From Eledone cirrhosa (Eukaryota), in the NCBI GenBank assembly GCA_964016885.1, contig OZ024740.1, positions 82,956,001-83,020,000 of the forward strand: a stretch of 64,000 nt of DNA, given 5' to 3'. Position numbers and translations under genes: made by a program. The notes below the pieces were generated by a model, which saw nothing but the letters and a program-made list of their open reading frames with translations, made no database searches and was not told the DNA's origin. Below are positions 13,683 through 27,134 of this stretch, one piece after another (positions within the stretch are counted from its first letter, which is position 1; the number at the start of each line of letters is the position of its first letter).

Positions 13683-14011
13683 GATAATGGGATGGGATGG
13701 GAGAATTTAATGACTCTATATTCTTGTATATGCTATATTGTTTTAGTTATCATGAATTAATATTTTGTCAGGTATGAAATTCACAATGTATATCCTACCT
13801 CAAAGTTTCTTTGCTTGTGGTTGATGTAACATAACCAGTAGTTGTTGCATATTCCCGAGGACAATATATCTATGAATATAATTACAATATGATTATGTGA
13901 TTTCTGATGTTTGCTAGGGATTTGAAATAATTGAGGTGGAAGTAAAATCTAGTTTTTCATATCTCTTCAGCAGAGTCATTTTCTCACCACGCTCAAATTG
14001 ATTTTTTATAA

Positions 14012-14995
14012 CTAGCAGTGGTACCTGGCGTTGCACGGGATAAGGTACTTTGGAACGCAGGCCGCAAACGGACCTAATCGTGGAAAGACTTCATGCCTGG
14101 GCAATATGTAAAGAAAATAAACCGAATACGCTGATGGCTGGATAATCTTTAAGATTTTCTGCGATGAGACAGGAAAAATGCAAGTTTTCACCTAGGGGAT
14201 CAAGAACATTTTTTTTTTAATGTGCATAATATGCCTAGAAATTTCGGGAAAAATCGGCTAGACGTAACGCCTCAAAAAATACCTAAAAAGCTGAAAAAAT
14301 TAAGTTTTTCATCTAATGCGGGCCCTAGGTCATAGAAAAGTTGGATTTTCTTTGCTCCTGGTATGAAGAAGAGACTAACTAATACATAGTTACAATTTCA
14401 AGGAAATCAGTCTGACGTAACACCTAAAAAAAAACATAAAAACCTGAAAAAACACAGATTTCACCTAATGCGTGCCCTAGGGCATCATAAAGTTGAATTT
14501 GTTTTATTTATATAACACTCCCTGAAACATAAGTAATACACATGCAAAGTTTGAAAAAGGTCGGTTGGCTACTTCTCGAGTTTTAGGGATTCAAACTCAG
14601 ACACACACACACAGACATACATACATCCTCAGGGAAGTGACGTAATGCACACTGTCACACATACAGACAGATATTATAATGGGTCGATAAATAAAGTACC
14701 AGTAATACACTGGGATAATCGCTGGCCTTGTGCCAAAAGTAGAAACAATTATAAGGGCACGACGTTATATGTATGTATCTATCTAGAAAGAGAAAGACTA
14801 AGAATTATAGAGAGAAATCGCTAACTCGCCTAATGCGGTCCCTAGGGCATTGAGAATTTGACATTTGTTGTGCTCAGAAAACTCCCTGAAACATAAGTAT
14901 TACATGTGTAAAGTTTGAAAACAGTCGGTTGGGTGCTTCTCGAATTTTAAGGATTCAAACTCACACACAGACATCCTCAGTTTTATATATATAGA
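14012..14995 (-). mobile_element. Non-autonomous Helitron-like element with internal sub-repeats
   Basis: Minus strand starts A|TCTATATATATAAAA and ends with a GC-rich hairpin (CCCGTGCAACGCCAGG) + CTAG|T, i.e. inserted in AT with no TSD; repeats containing CCTAATGCG..CCCTAGG. Confidence 0.78.
14681..14752 (+). mobile_element. SINE family 1, 3' half, inside the Helitron
   Basis: GGGTCGATAAATAAAGTACCAGTAATACACTGG...GTAGAAACAATTAT. Confidence 0.75.
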
Positions 14996-15516
14996 TTAGG
15001 CACTTAAATCAGCACGTCATCGAATAATTCTCATTATAACCAATGCCATCACAGGATTTATATTAAGGCATTCATATACATCTCAAAATAAAATAGGTCT
15101 CAGTAACATTTATTTATTAACCATAACTTTTCGCTTTCTTTGTTTAGTGTTTACCTGTCAAACATCGAGCATCCTCGCAAACGAATGAACAGTGCAAACC
15201 ATTCGTAAACTTTATTCAGTTTATTGGGTATGGGTTTCTCATATATTACGGAATATTCTGAGTAGCACATTAGTTATAAAATATTACAGAAGACAGCTGA
15301 TGGAATATAAATTACTCGGTAGGTTTTTTAAGGAATAAATGTGGGTTCAACGCATTTCATTAAGTGTAATCCTGATAATTTCAAAGTATTAATCACACAT
15401 ATACCTATCTCGTGACTCAGTTAATTTAATTTAATTACACTTAATATTTACTTACATTACTCATTAAAACAATTATCTATAACATAATATACCCATCTAT
15501 TTATTTATTTATCTAT

Positions 15517-15547
<31 letters not shown>

Positions 15548-15691
15548 TCTACTTATAACAGAAAATATTATATTATAAACGAATTTTAAACAACTAATAA
15601 TCGTAAATACACGTACTATTAAGATATATACTTAGAATCTACCCCCCCCCATTAACGTTATATGAGTTGTATTCATCCTATCTTGTTTATT

Positions 15692-15762
<71 letters not shown>

Positions 15763-15973
15763 TATTTTTTTTTATCTTTCTCCCCTTATATCTTCTCTCT
15801 CTCTTTCTCCACAGTAGTTTAAATAAACGGTTGTGTTTCAATTATTTACATATTCATTTGCATATTCACACATAAGTTTGAATTATCCCTAATATATTTC
15901 CACTATCCAGTGAATTTCCAACCGATAAGTTATGATTTTCTTGGGTACGTCTCTATTTATAAAACAAACTTTG

Positions 15974-16037
15974 TATTTTATCTGATGAAAGCGAACCTAT
16001 GTTGGCTTGGTACCCTTGAAATATATATAATACAATA
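15974..16037 (+). ncRNA. Minimal type I hammerhead ribozyme motif (probable PLE 3' relic)
   Basis: TATTTTAT-CTGATGA-AAG..CTT-GAAA-TATATA-TA-ATACAATA; stem I has one mismatch. Confidence 0.65.
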
Positions 16038-16164
16038 AATATGGTTATATAAATACAGTTTCCATTTATTTAATATCATTGAATATTTACTCCATAACTT
16101 GTTGAATTCTCTAAATCAGTTATAAATATTTGTCGGACTTCCAACAAATTAAATACCCCTTCTA

Positions 16165-16199
<35 letters not shown>

Positions 16200-16621
16200 T
16201 AATTTGGTATGCTTTACTCAATCTTCTTCACATAACACATATATAATCTTTTATATTGATTGAAATAAAATCATCACTAAAATGTAAAATGGAATATATC
16301 CTTCGCTGTCTATAATACAGTTTCTTGTTCAATGGAATATACACGTACTTATTTAATTCAAGGAAAGTTTAGAGTGTTATTGATTAAATCATCATCCTTG
16401 CCTGACTGTTTACACCAGTTAAATGTCTTCAAATTAAGAAAGGCAAAGTCAGCACATATCTTAAATGGTTGGAACATAGAATTAAATTAGTGCAATTTAA
16501 TTTTCTTTACAAAGGGGCTGTTCGAAATAAAAGGTTTCAGATGTAGACCTGAGGCTCGAAAATACGTCTAGCACGTCATCTATAATATACATGTTGCAGA
16601 ACATTAATTATCCTGTTAATA

Positions 16622-16812
16622 AGGGCGGTGGATTGACCGTATTGGTAGATGGGCGAACCCTAAGCTTCGCAGCAGAGAGTCATGGCCCTTTACGGTCTGA
16701 TTTCAAATCCCGCCGATGTTATCTTTGTCTTTAATTCTTACGGGGTCGATAACATTAAGTACAAGTAATGCACTGGGATAATTGCTGGCCTTATGACAAA
16801 AGTAGAACAATT
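16622..16812 (+). mobile_element. SINE family 1, diverged full copy
   Basis: TTCAAATCCCGCCGATG...CGGGGTCGATAACATTAAGTAC...GTAGAACAATTA. Confidence 0.8.
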
Positions 16813-17199
16813 AATTATCCTCCAAACATTCAGGCCCATGACGGTGCACGTCCAGCGAGTCTCCATTGATTTGTGTGTCATTTCTATGTACCTGTGCATT
16901 CAATATCTGCCCATAAAGTGTTAATATGTATTTTCTATGTATATAACTGTATAAACTATTTTACTTTTTCCTGTTGTACTGCCTGCATCATCATGTGTGT
17001 TCAGACCAGCTGTTCTTGTTTTGTAGGAGAGCGCTATCGCTCAGATATGGGCAGGTAGAATCAATCAACGTCCAATTTAGTCTTAAGCACATGCTGACAT
17101 GTTAAAGGCCCTACGGTTCTTAATATCCTTGCAATTGATTTTTCTGTATTATCCAGTTAATTACATCAATGCTATACTGAAGCACATTCACAGTTTAGC

Positions 17200-17800
17200 A
17201 GTTTTTCGCCGATACTATATATTTTGAATTAATTTATGTGATTAAAATGTATTTTTCTTTTCTTTGGGTGTGATTTATTCTCTTGGCGTCGGTGACATCA
17301 AGATATTTTAGTCTTCTCTTATTACGCAACTCTTATGTTTGTTATTTTCCCAGAAGATTTGTACTTCTTTCGTTGAGAGTGGGTTTTTATTTCTATTCCT
17401 TGTTTTCGTGTTATTCTATAGAAACGTTTAGCATCTGTTACAATCATTTTGTTTTGCCTGAAAAACGTGGTTCTTTGTTCATACCTTCTTACCCTTTACG
17501 ACTTCACTTGAACGTTATACTTCAATGTTTCTTTTATTTCCGATATATTATTTGCGCCATTTATTTTGTATTTCCTTTTAATTTTCGCGATTTCTAGGTA
17601 GTCATTTGAATCTTATTTAAAATTTCATGAATTACGGAGATGACATTACTCAGTACTTCTATGAACATCTTTATTTTTACTTCCCAGGGAAGCTCTTTAG
17701 TTCTATTACGTGTATTTTCCTTTATGTTTATGTTAAGTGTTTCAACTACAGGTAATTCGGTTTTATATATAATGTAGTATAGCGTACTCAGATTTTGGTG
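17200..17800 (-). mobile_element. Old R4/Dong-clade fragment (region N-terminal to RT)
   Basis: Minus-strand translation PWEVKIK..ISVIHEI and EIKETLK...RVRRYEQRTTFFRQNKM..DAKRFYR, homologous to EELKQRIVAKSAKIRRY..YKQNRMF at 7100-7200. Confidence 0.65.
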
Positions 17801-18159
17801 ATCATCAACACTGATATATTCCGTAGTTCGGCATTATTTGAATAATTTGATTGTTACACTTTGTGGATTGGGATTTTGGCATATATTATATATCATACAA
17901 TTCAATGTATGCTGCCTCAGTTTTTTGTTGCTGTGATTTCATCGTTTTTGTTCTGTTCTAGCACGTGAAATATGATGGAAGAAATACATTTTCATTTTCT
18001 ACGCCATGTATTTCCGAGATTATATTGCTTATTCCAATGTCAGGCTGATATTACTTAATCCAAGTTGTTCAGGATGATTATTGCCTGTCTGTCTTCAGTT
18101 GCTTCTTATTACTATTATTTTGGGGCTGACTTCTCCAGGAGATACATCGCTGAGGCGCG

Positions 18160-18345
18160 ATCATTATAATATAGATAGGGTCGGACGCCTAGCTTTAACG
18201 CATAGAGTTACGGCCCTTGCCATTCTGAGTCCAAATCCCGCCGAGGTTAACTTTGCCTTTCATCCTTACGGGGTCGATAAAATAAAGTAACAGTAATGTA
18301 CTGTGTAATTGCTGGCCTTGTGCCAATAGTAGAAACAATTATAAT
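18160..18345 (+). mobile_element. SINE family 1
   Basis: GAGTCCAAATCCCGCCGAGGTTAACTTTGCCTTTCATCCTTACGGGGTCGATAAAATAAAG. Confidence 0.85.
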
Positions 18346-18504
18346 TATAGATACGGTAATAAGTTTCTAATAAAAAAGTATTTACATTCCCATACACCGA
18401 GAAAAGATAAATTATGTGTATTTCCCCATGAAAATGTAATGTATAGCACAGAGGCATACGAAAAAGTTAAAGGAGAAAAAATAGAGAAAGAACTCAATAT
18501 TTCT

Positions 18505-18668
18505 AGAGGGTGAGACCTGCTTTCCAGCGTAGTTACGTCCTTTTACGATCTGAGTTCAAATCCTGCCGAGGTTAACTTTGCCTTTCATCCTTACGGGGTC
18601 GATAAAATAAGGTACCAGTAATACACTGGGTAATTGCTGGCCTTGTGCCACAAGTAGAAACAATTATT
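18505..18668 (+). mobile_element. SINE family 1, 5'-truncated, probable TSD TATTTCTAG
   Basis: Same core and tail as other copies; TATTTCTAG on both flanks. Confidence 0.85.
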
Positions 18669-18915
18669 TCTAGCCGCATATATCATGTGAACAGATACTA
18701 GCATTTGTTCAGCTGTATACATTTCTTTACATATTGCCACATAGTTTATTTAAACATATTTAAATATATTGCATATCCTTCACACTTTTATCAAAATCAA
18801 CCTAAAAAAATAACAATTTCTCCAAATAAATATGTTTATGTGTCGGATCCATTGCGTGATTAAAATCGTAAGCTTTAGAATGGTGTCAGACATGCAAAGC
18901 GTATTTTACTGATGG

Positions 18916-18957
<42 letters not shown>

Positions 18958-18998
18958 ACACACGCAAACGCACACGCACGCACACACACACACACATA

Positions 18999-19034
<36 letters not shown>

Positions 19035-19036
<2 letters not shown>

Positions 19037-19310
19037 TGGCTTAATGGTTGGAGCGTTTGGGTTGCAATCGTGAGGTCGTGACTTCGATATTCAGATCGAG
19101 TGATGCGTTGTAACCTTGAACAGAACACTTTGTTTACGTTGCTCCAGCTCACGCAGATGTAGAAATGAGTTGCGATATCACTATTATATATGTCATTGCC
19201 TTTCCTTTGGAGAACATCTATGGCGTGGAGAGGGGAGACTGGTGTGCAAAGTCAACCGCTTGTCTTCCACAAACATTGCTGCCCAATCTTCGTAACCGAA
19301 GGGAGTCTTT
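19035..19310 (+). mobile_element. tRNA-derived SINE, family 2 (diverged)
   Basis: A-box-like TGGCTTAATGG, degenerate B box, core CCTTGAACAGAACACTT..GTTGCTCCAG..AAATGAGT resembling V/CORE-type SINE bodies. Confidence 0.6.
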
Positions 19311-19316
19311 ACTCTA

Positions 19317-19347
<31 letters not shown>

Positions 19348-21950
19348 CGTAGCATACGGATACCCACACACATACACCCACGCGCGCACACCCACACATA
19401 CACATACACTCATATACACATACACACATACATACACACATATATATATATACACACACACACGCACACACATACACACACACACACACATACACATACA
19501 CACCTATGTGTAAAGTACCAGTAATGTACTGGTTGATTGCTGGTCTTGTGCCAAAAATAGAAACAATTATTTTACATTTTACATTTTACATTTTACATTT
19601 TACAAAACAGCGATAGAATACAAAATCGAATTGATTTCTTTTTACATTTCAGCATATGAATGTTTAAACTATCTTCTTAATTATGCGACATATTATCTTT
19701 TAGTTGTTCTTATATATATATCCCATTAATTTCTCATGTTTATCCACATGTATAGCTGGACAGTGGATTGGTGAAATCAATAAAGATTCAGACATATATT
19801 AGGCTTTATTGGGACTGAGTAGATACGCTCCGAGTGGAAATCACGTGCAGATTAATTTGCCTCAGATCTTTCCAGGGTTAACAATATATAATATAATTTT
19901 AGGGTGTTGTTGTAATGTGTAATATTTCAGTTTCCAACGTGATTAACACAATCTCAAATATCAAGTTTCAATCCATTCTTTAGAGAGTGTATGACCCTAT
20001 AGCAGCTGCTGTGTCAACTTCGCAATCTTATGAACAATTAGATAGCTCATATACTCCTTTTGTATACTCCGTAACTATGACATTTCCCATTATCTGTAGA
20101 GATCGTTCTACTACATTGGATTTCGGTTTACTGCATTCACTGTTGAAAGCCTGTGTAACCCTTAAAATTGCCACCGTATATTGAGTAGAGAAATGTGTCT
20201 AATATTGGGCCACATGAATGCACATAAACGTAAAAGGTGGGTATCAGCATGCGTGAAAAGCAAACACCAACTTATTACTCCCTCGCATGCCAACGTCCAA
20301 TCTTCCGTTATGTTGTTTCCTGTGGCATAATATATTCTATAATTAAAATAGAGTGACAGCTTTCAATTATAATTTCAAAATGTTTAACCTTTCACAAATG
20401 CTTTCATATTTACTACTATTAACTTGGTAGCATCTAAATTTAATGGAAAAATCTTAAGGTGGGCAAGTTGGTGTAATCGCTTAGCTATCCTATCGCAAAC
20501 ATCAGATATATGCGTTTGATTCTCACGCGGACTAATGCCTACTTTTGTCTATTACTGGGGTTCACATGCATTAATATGAGACTATTTTCTGCAGTTAATA
20601 CACGGTAAAAGCGTCTAATTATATTTTCAATAGTTTCACTCACCACTCTTTTCTAATTTACAAGTGTTATAATTTAGATTTATTTCATTGCATGATGGAC
20701 GATATGTCATTTAATACACAGAGGATATTGAATATATTCAGAGGTCATTAAGAATATGTAATGTTAGTATTCATAAATATGTTGAGCGGCTACCTCAAAT
20801 GAAGGTGACTATATTTTCATGTCTTCTCTTCCTAATGTTCAGAAAAAAGTTATTACATTATCAACGTTACCTAAACATTATACCATGCAGTGTATTGATG
20901 ACATATGAAAAGTTAAAAATATCTAGTCAACGCGTAGAGCGTTTTCTACCGAAGAAAAATTGGAATGAGTTAACATTAGGCGCAGAACGGACTTCAAAAT
21001 TAAAAACTTCTATTGGTCCTATATAGATTCGGCAGGAAATTTTTAGAAGACATTTAGAACATATTTCGTTCACATTCATTTTTAATTCTATTTCCAACCA
21101 ATGAAATTAAAACAACTTCTACAATCCATTTATTCAATTGCAATATTAAGTATAGCGTAAGTTGTAACAAACTGCAAAGTGATCAATTATGAGAATTATG
21201 CTCTCAAAAATGAAGGGCATTTAAAGGTGGAGGGTTGGTAAAATCTACACAACCTTATTAAATTTAACTTTCAGTCCTGTGCCATGAACTTGTTTGTTGA
21301 CAAGAATTGCACACCAGGACAAAGGCATAATCCAGCTTTCCCCAATGCTCTCTTTCATGTCTTCATTCATGCTTTAGTTCTTAATGAAGACATTACTTAT
21401 ATTATTTAAAATGAAGAACATGGCAGAATCAATAACTTATTGTGTAGAGACCCAGCGTTAATCAATTCAAATACTTCTTTCTTTTATCTAGAAAGAAAAA
21501 TATATCATATGAAATAACAACTTCATCTTTCCGGGCCACCAGATAGCAGCCTGAAAATATACATACATCTATATATATATATATATATAAGTATGTATAC
21601 GTACACACATATATGTATACAGACGTTGAGTAGTATGTATATATATACATACATGCACACATATATATATGTGAGTATGGATTTACTGAACATAGAAGTA
21701 CAGTGTTTAGCAACCATCGTTGCCCTTTTGTTCAACACTGGCAAAAGAACGATGTACTAGTTTCAAACTTATTAGCTATCGTCAGCACCGTATACCTTCC
21801 TGCCAGATGATTGAACGTCTGGAAGTATATACTTTCCTTATGCATATTAACGGCTGAGCAGCCTAATTTGCATATCGATTGAGTTAAACGGCCGGGCGCA
21901 CCAAAAACGCTAAATGGAAAAATTAAATTCCGTTACATTTATCCCATTTT

Positions 21951-22031
<81 letters not shown>

Positions 22032-22032
22032 T

Positions 22033-22092
<60 letters not shown>

Positions 22093-22096
22093 CATG

Positions 22097-22180
<84 letters not shown>

Positions 22181-22187
<7 letters not shown>

Positions 22188-22678
22188 ATACTTTGGCAGG
22201 GTCATGTTGCCAATAAGAAACACACGCACCAGTTGCTTTCACTTCAATTTATTATCATAAATTTATAAATTTAGGAATTTATAAATTTCCGGTTGGTTGG
22301 TTGGTTCCACAAACAGATGGTTATTTATATATTGTCAAAGTTCTTTCCTCACACATTAAGTGACCTCTTCAGTGACTAGGGATTCTTTTCTTTGTTTTTG
22401 TGCCTCCTCAAAAACAAAGAAAAGAATCCCAGTCACTGAAGAGGTCACAGAATGTATGACGAAATAACGTTGACAATATATAAACAACCATATAGTTGTG
22501 GAACCAACCAACCAACCGGAAATTTATAAATTTATAAATTGATTATAATAAATTGAAGTGAAAGCAACTGGTGCGTGTGTTTCTTATTGGCAACATGACC
22601 CTCCCAAAATATAACAATATCGGTTTCAACACACGTTTTCAGATAAAGAATCTCGCTAAACAAATTAAGAGACGAAAT
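22181..22678. repeat. Fold-back element: ~215-bp inverted arms plus 58-bp one-sided extension, embedded in (TA)n, with a hammerhead-like core
   Basis: 22181-22399 is the reverse complement of ~22408-22620; right arm has GTCA-CTGAAGA-GGTCA..TGAC-GAAA. Confidence 0.85.
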
Positions 22679-22697
22679 ATATATATATGTATATAAA

Positions 22698-22744
<47 letters not shown>

Positions 22745-22748
<4 letters not shown>

Positions 22749-22865
22749 GTGGTTACAGAACAGTTAGTTCACCGGAACTAACTGTTGTGTAACCACTTCT
22801 ACCTAACTCGTCCCATGAAGTGAGTGCTCTAACACTACGGATATTACCTTTCAGTGTTCTGCCAG

Positions 22866-22866
<1 letters not shown>
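22745..22866. repeat. Mini fold-back: 26-bp stem, 4-nt loop, one-sided extension, between (TA)n tracts
   Basis: AGAAGTGGTTACAGAACAGTTAGTTC-ACCG-GAACTAACTGTTGTGTAACCACTTCT. Confidence 0.85.
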
Positions 22867-22934
<68 letters not shown>

Positions 22935-22954
22935 ATGTATATATATATATATAT

Positions 22955-23442
22955 TAGAAAGTGAGGTCTTTTTTTACAAAATGAAAAAAAAAACGGGGTG
23001 TCTTACACGAGTGAAAGTATAAGGAAAAAAGATGAAATCGAAAATGCAACTGGAGTCTTTTTTTTAAATATATTTATTTGGTTCCTTTACCGGTTTCGCA
23101 GTTCTTGCGCCTTTGAAAAGTAGAATTGAGATGGTGGGTTTGTGGTGTTTCTCACACCAGGTTGGTGTTTGAATGTTACTTCTGTTTTATATGGAAAAAG
23201 CTGGCTGGAAATGCTAGGTTTTTAGACAAGTAATTTGGTTGGTTGATGACTGTCATGTAAATAAGTATAATACATTTCATAATTCTTGCCTTCAAAAAAG
23301 GGGGGGCTTTTATATTAATAATTTTGTAACGCGAAATGGCGCAACATTTATCAATTCTACTTTTCAAAAGCACAAGAACTGCGAAACCGGTAAAGGAACC
23401 AAATAAAAAGACTCCAGTTTTATTTTCGATTTCATCTGTTTT

Positions 23443-23447
<5 letters not shown>
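22955..23447. repeat. Fold-back element (arms ~23018-23130 and ~23352-23447) in (TA)n; same family as 25978-26147
   Basis: Inverted arms seen directly; shared CGAGTGAAAGTATAAGGAAAAAAGATGAAATCGAAAAT. Confidence 0.8.
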
Positions 23448-23530
<83 letters not shown>

Positions 23531-23534
<4 letters not shown>

Positions 23535-23635
23535 GTATCATAGAGCAAATATTTATTAAAGTAACAGATTAACGTTTAGGCAAGGAATCGCTGGTTTCAC
23601 CCTTAACGATTCTTTACTTAAACTATAATCTGTTA

Positions 23636-23642
<7 letters not shown>
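23531..23642. repeat. Mini fold-back in (TA)n, same family as 60967-61890
   Basis: Shared TATTAAA.TAACAGATTAA.GTTTA.GCAA.GAATCGCTG.TTTCACCCTTAACG; inverted ends. Confidence 0.8.
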
Positions 23643-23714
<72 letters not shown>

Positions 23715-23718
<4 letters not shown>

Positions 23719-25683
23719 CTATTTATAGTTATGTATATAATATAAACAACTATAAACAGGAAAGGTCAGTAATGTCCTACTACCTTATTACCAGTAAGAT
23801 AAATAGCTGAATGTAAGAACATCAGTTGTTTTACAGAGCAGGAAAATAAATTAGAGAATTATGAAAGTCGTGTTCAAATCATTCGAACAGCTTCAAGACG
23901 AGATACAACTCGCACCTCCACTCTTTCAAAAATCACAATCTAGCCAACTCCACTTCTTTATCTACCTACGTACACTCTCGTAAAACTAGGAATAGATCAT
24001 TTACACTGCAAACACCGAATAAATTGTGTAATCTCTGTCTTATAGAGACCCATACTATAATATTATCGAAACTAGACCTCTTTAATAGAAAGTCAGAGAC
24101 ATTTTCCTCGTGCCAACACCGATACCGTCACTCGTTCCATAACTTTAAACCTAGCTGTTAGTATATAACAATGTAAGATTTGAATTCCTCACCACCATTA
24201 ACACTTCACATCTAGGACTTATCAGCCCCCACAGCTACACACACTTTGATCATCTCTTTCCTCTACACAACTCCTATTTATCTCTAACCTTATACTCTGC
24301 AATAACTGTTAGAATTAAACATAAAGTTACCACCTTTTGATATAACTAATTTAGCTTAATATACACTAATGGATATTTAATATATAGAGGCATTTAACGT
24401 AATATGTAATACTTGTTTCTACTTTTGGCACAAGGCCAGCAATCAACCAGTGTATTACTGGTACTTTATGTTGTCGACCTCGTAAGGATGAAAGGCAAAG
24501 TTAACCTCGGCGGGATTTCAATGCAATATGTAATAATAAACTATATATACATTTATAATTATATAATTAAATATTAAAATTAATAACATGTATATGGGGG
24601 ATCTACCTTTAACGCAATATAATAATAATAAAGTATATATACATTTATAATTAAATATATAATGTAATAGCATTGTATATCAGGGATTAACTTTTAAAAC
24701 AATAATGTATATCATTACACAAATGATATATCTATTTGGATATATAAACAGCTATGTAATTTTACATAACATATATCTTGTCCAGTAATGAATAGATAAC
24801 AATCTAAAGGGACCTTTAATGTATTATAGTTAAATACACTGTATTTAAAAGCAAGTATAAGTATATAGCATTATGTAATAGTGATTCATTTGTATCACAT
24901 TATAATGTGTATTAGAGCAAAGAATTTAAATAACTGAATTTAATTAGCTAGTTACCCCGCTCCCATTACGCATTAGCTCCCCTTACTCACTTCCGGAAAT
25001 TAACCGTTGGAAAATCCATCTGTTGAACATCTATAGTCCATGAATAAGAATACAATAAGACTAATTTACAATCCATTGCTTTAACTAACTTAAAACATTC
25101 AATATAAACATTAACTAAAATATATTTCAACATATGTAATAGAAAAGACTACAATACCTTTGTTTTTCTCAACATACACAAATTCAAACACTATCAACAT
25201 ACTACATTCACCATATATTTTAATACATTAACATTTCTGCTTAAAATACAGTATTTATTTATCTATATAATCATAATAACCTTGCTTATTTCCTTCTCAT
25301 ATATATGACTAACGCATGTGCACTTTCTACACGCTTGCATATGTATTGCTAATGTACTCTTTCTTTCTCAAAGCTCCTTTATCAATGCCTCTTTAATTAT
25401 TAGACTATTCTCTGATATTATCTGTTGCATGTATTCTACTCTGTGCTTTTAATTTGAATTTGAATTTTTATACAATTCTCGTAAAATATATGTCACATCC
25501 ATTCCACCCTGTAAATACGAAACTGTTGCTCACAATATCAATATATATGTATCTATATTAATGTTCAGTTGAATAGGAGGTTAATTACATGTACAAACAT
25601 TGATAATGCTCCGATGTCTCCAAACGAGAGTTTGGAAGATACGATTGTCAGCTATTAAATGATTTGAACACAACTTTGATAAT

Positions 25684-25690
<7 letters not shown>
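23715..25690 (+). mobile_element. Degraded Penelope-like element 3' portion (end of GIY-YIG ORF + 3' UTR), with a SINE inserted
   Basis: ~24025-24130 translates CNLCLIETHTIILSKLDLFNRKSETFSSCQHRYRH (PLE C-terminal pattern); decayed hammerhead near 25608-25652; ends at (TA)n. Confidence 0.65.
24413..24520 (-). mobile_element. SINE family 1, 5'-truncated
   Basis: Reverse complement of core and tail. Confidence 0.8.
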
Positions 25691-25740
<50 letters not shown>

Positions 25741-25806
25741 CATATATATGTTGAAGTAAAACTGCACTATTCACAAGTGTGTTTTAAACTTCATATCATG
25801 TCTTCC

Positions 25807-25877
25807 TATTTTATCTGATGAAAACACAAATATTATTGCATGATGATATTTGTTTTTGAAATGCGCATAATAAAATA
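25807..25877 (+). ncRNA. Minimal type I hammerhead ribozyme in a solitary PLE-2 3' terminus (25750-25908)
   Basis: TATTTTAT-CTGATGA-[AAACACAAATATTAT..ATGATATTTGTTTTT]-GAAA-TGCGCA-TA-ATAAAATA; perfect 8-bp stem I, palindromic stem III. Confidence 0.85.
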
Positions 25878-25977
25878 CATGGAACTCTTTTAACCATCTT
25901 TTGATCTTATATATTATATATATATTTATATATATATATATATGTGTGTGTGTGTGATATAAATATATATATATAAA

Positions 25978-26141
25978 AAGAAAATGTGGAGATTTTTTTA
26001 ATGAAAAAAAAAAACGAGATGTTCTGACGAGTGAAAGTATAAGGAAAAAAGATGAAATCGAAAATCCCACTGGAGTCTTTTTAAGAATATTTATTTGTTT
26101 CCGGTAAAGACTCCCGTTGCATTTTAGATTCCAGTTTATTT

Positions 26142-26147
<6 letters not shown>
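25978..26147. repeat. Short fold-back in (TA)n, family of 22955-23447
   Basis: Same terminal sequence, then an imperfect inverted copy ending TTCCTTATA. Confidence 0.7.
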
Positions 26148-26210
<63 letters not shown>

Positions 26211-27134
26211 CATATATACAGAGAGAGAGAGAGAGAGTTGGATGGATAGATAGATATAGAGTTGTATTAACTACATAGCGACCTAAGTGAATAGGAGACA
26301 CAATTACATGGTGCACATACGTACGTATGTGTGCGTGTTATATCGTGTTATTCTAAAATGTGATCTCTCCGTCACTCTCACTGCGCAACCATGCGTAATT
26401 GTTTCCAAGGTATTCTCTTTGTATTTTATTTTACACAGTTGCTATACATTTTAGTTCATTAATGTTGCCAACATACCATGATTTATATCTACACTATTTA
26501 TCTTTTGAATAAGACAAAGCACATAAACACATAAACAAATACACTTCAGTTACGTTTCTACTTTGATGTAGTATAGGCGTTTGATCGTGTAAGCTGTTAG
26601 GTGTAATTTATTTTCGATTTTCTTTTGGTATTTCGCAAAACTGGTATGATTTGTTTCTAATACATCACTCTTACATTTGTCTTTGGTGTTACTAAGATCA
26701 GTTACGTACGTGACATGTATTTTCCCAAATTGGCAGCATTCTACATATGGAAATGCATACTCACCTATTATATTAATCTGCTATTGGGTTTTTGGAATGA
26801 TTTGTGACTGCTTTTTTCATCGCAATTTTCAGCTCTACTTATTATTTCGTGATGTACCGATGAGAAATAATATTTCTCAGTCAATGGCTTCATTGTTTAA
26901 CCCTCATTTTCTTCTTATTATTTTTTATTGTTTTTTTCTTTTCACTCAGTATCGTTTCTGATATATGCCGGGTGTCTTCCCGACACCTACGGCAAATAAA
27001 TTCACTGTATACATTGGTAAGCCAGTTAACACAACACATTGAATATCTTTTACAACTTATCATTCTTAGAGAGGCGTATCATTCTCATAGAGATAGTTCT
27101 TTACTCCCACACACAAACATCCACACCAGGGGGG

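Noticed and set aside
20025-20155. Possible minus-strand terminal exon AFNSECSKPKSNVVERSLQ...
   Set aside because: Weak acceptor and no recognisable homology
20455-20535. tRNA-like sequence (GTTGGTGTAATCG...GTTTGATTCTC)
   Set aside because: Stems do not close into a cloverleaf; more likely a decayed SINE head than a tRNA gene
21255-21375. Minus-strand ESWIMPLSWCAILVNK, reminiscent of bestrophin WxPxxW
   Set aside because: In-frame stop two codons before the Met, no good acceptor and no companion exons
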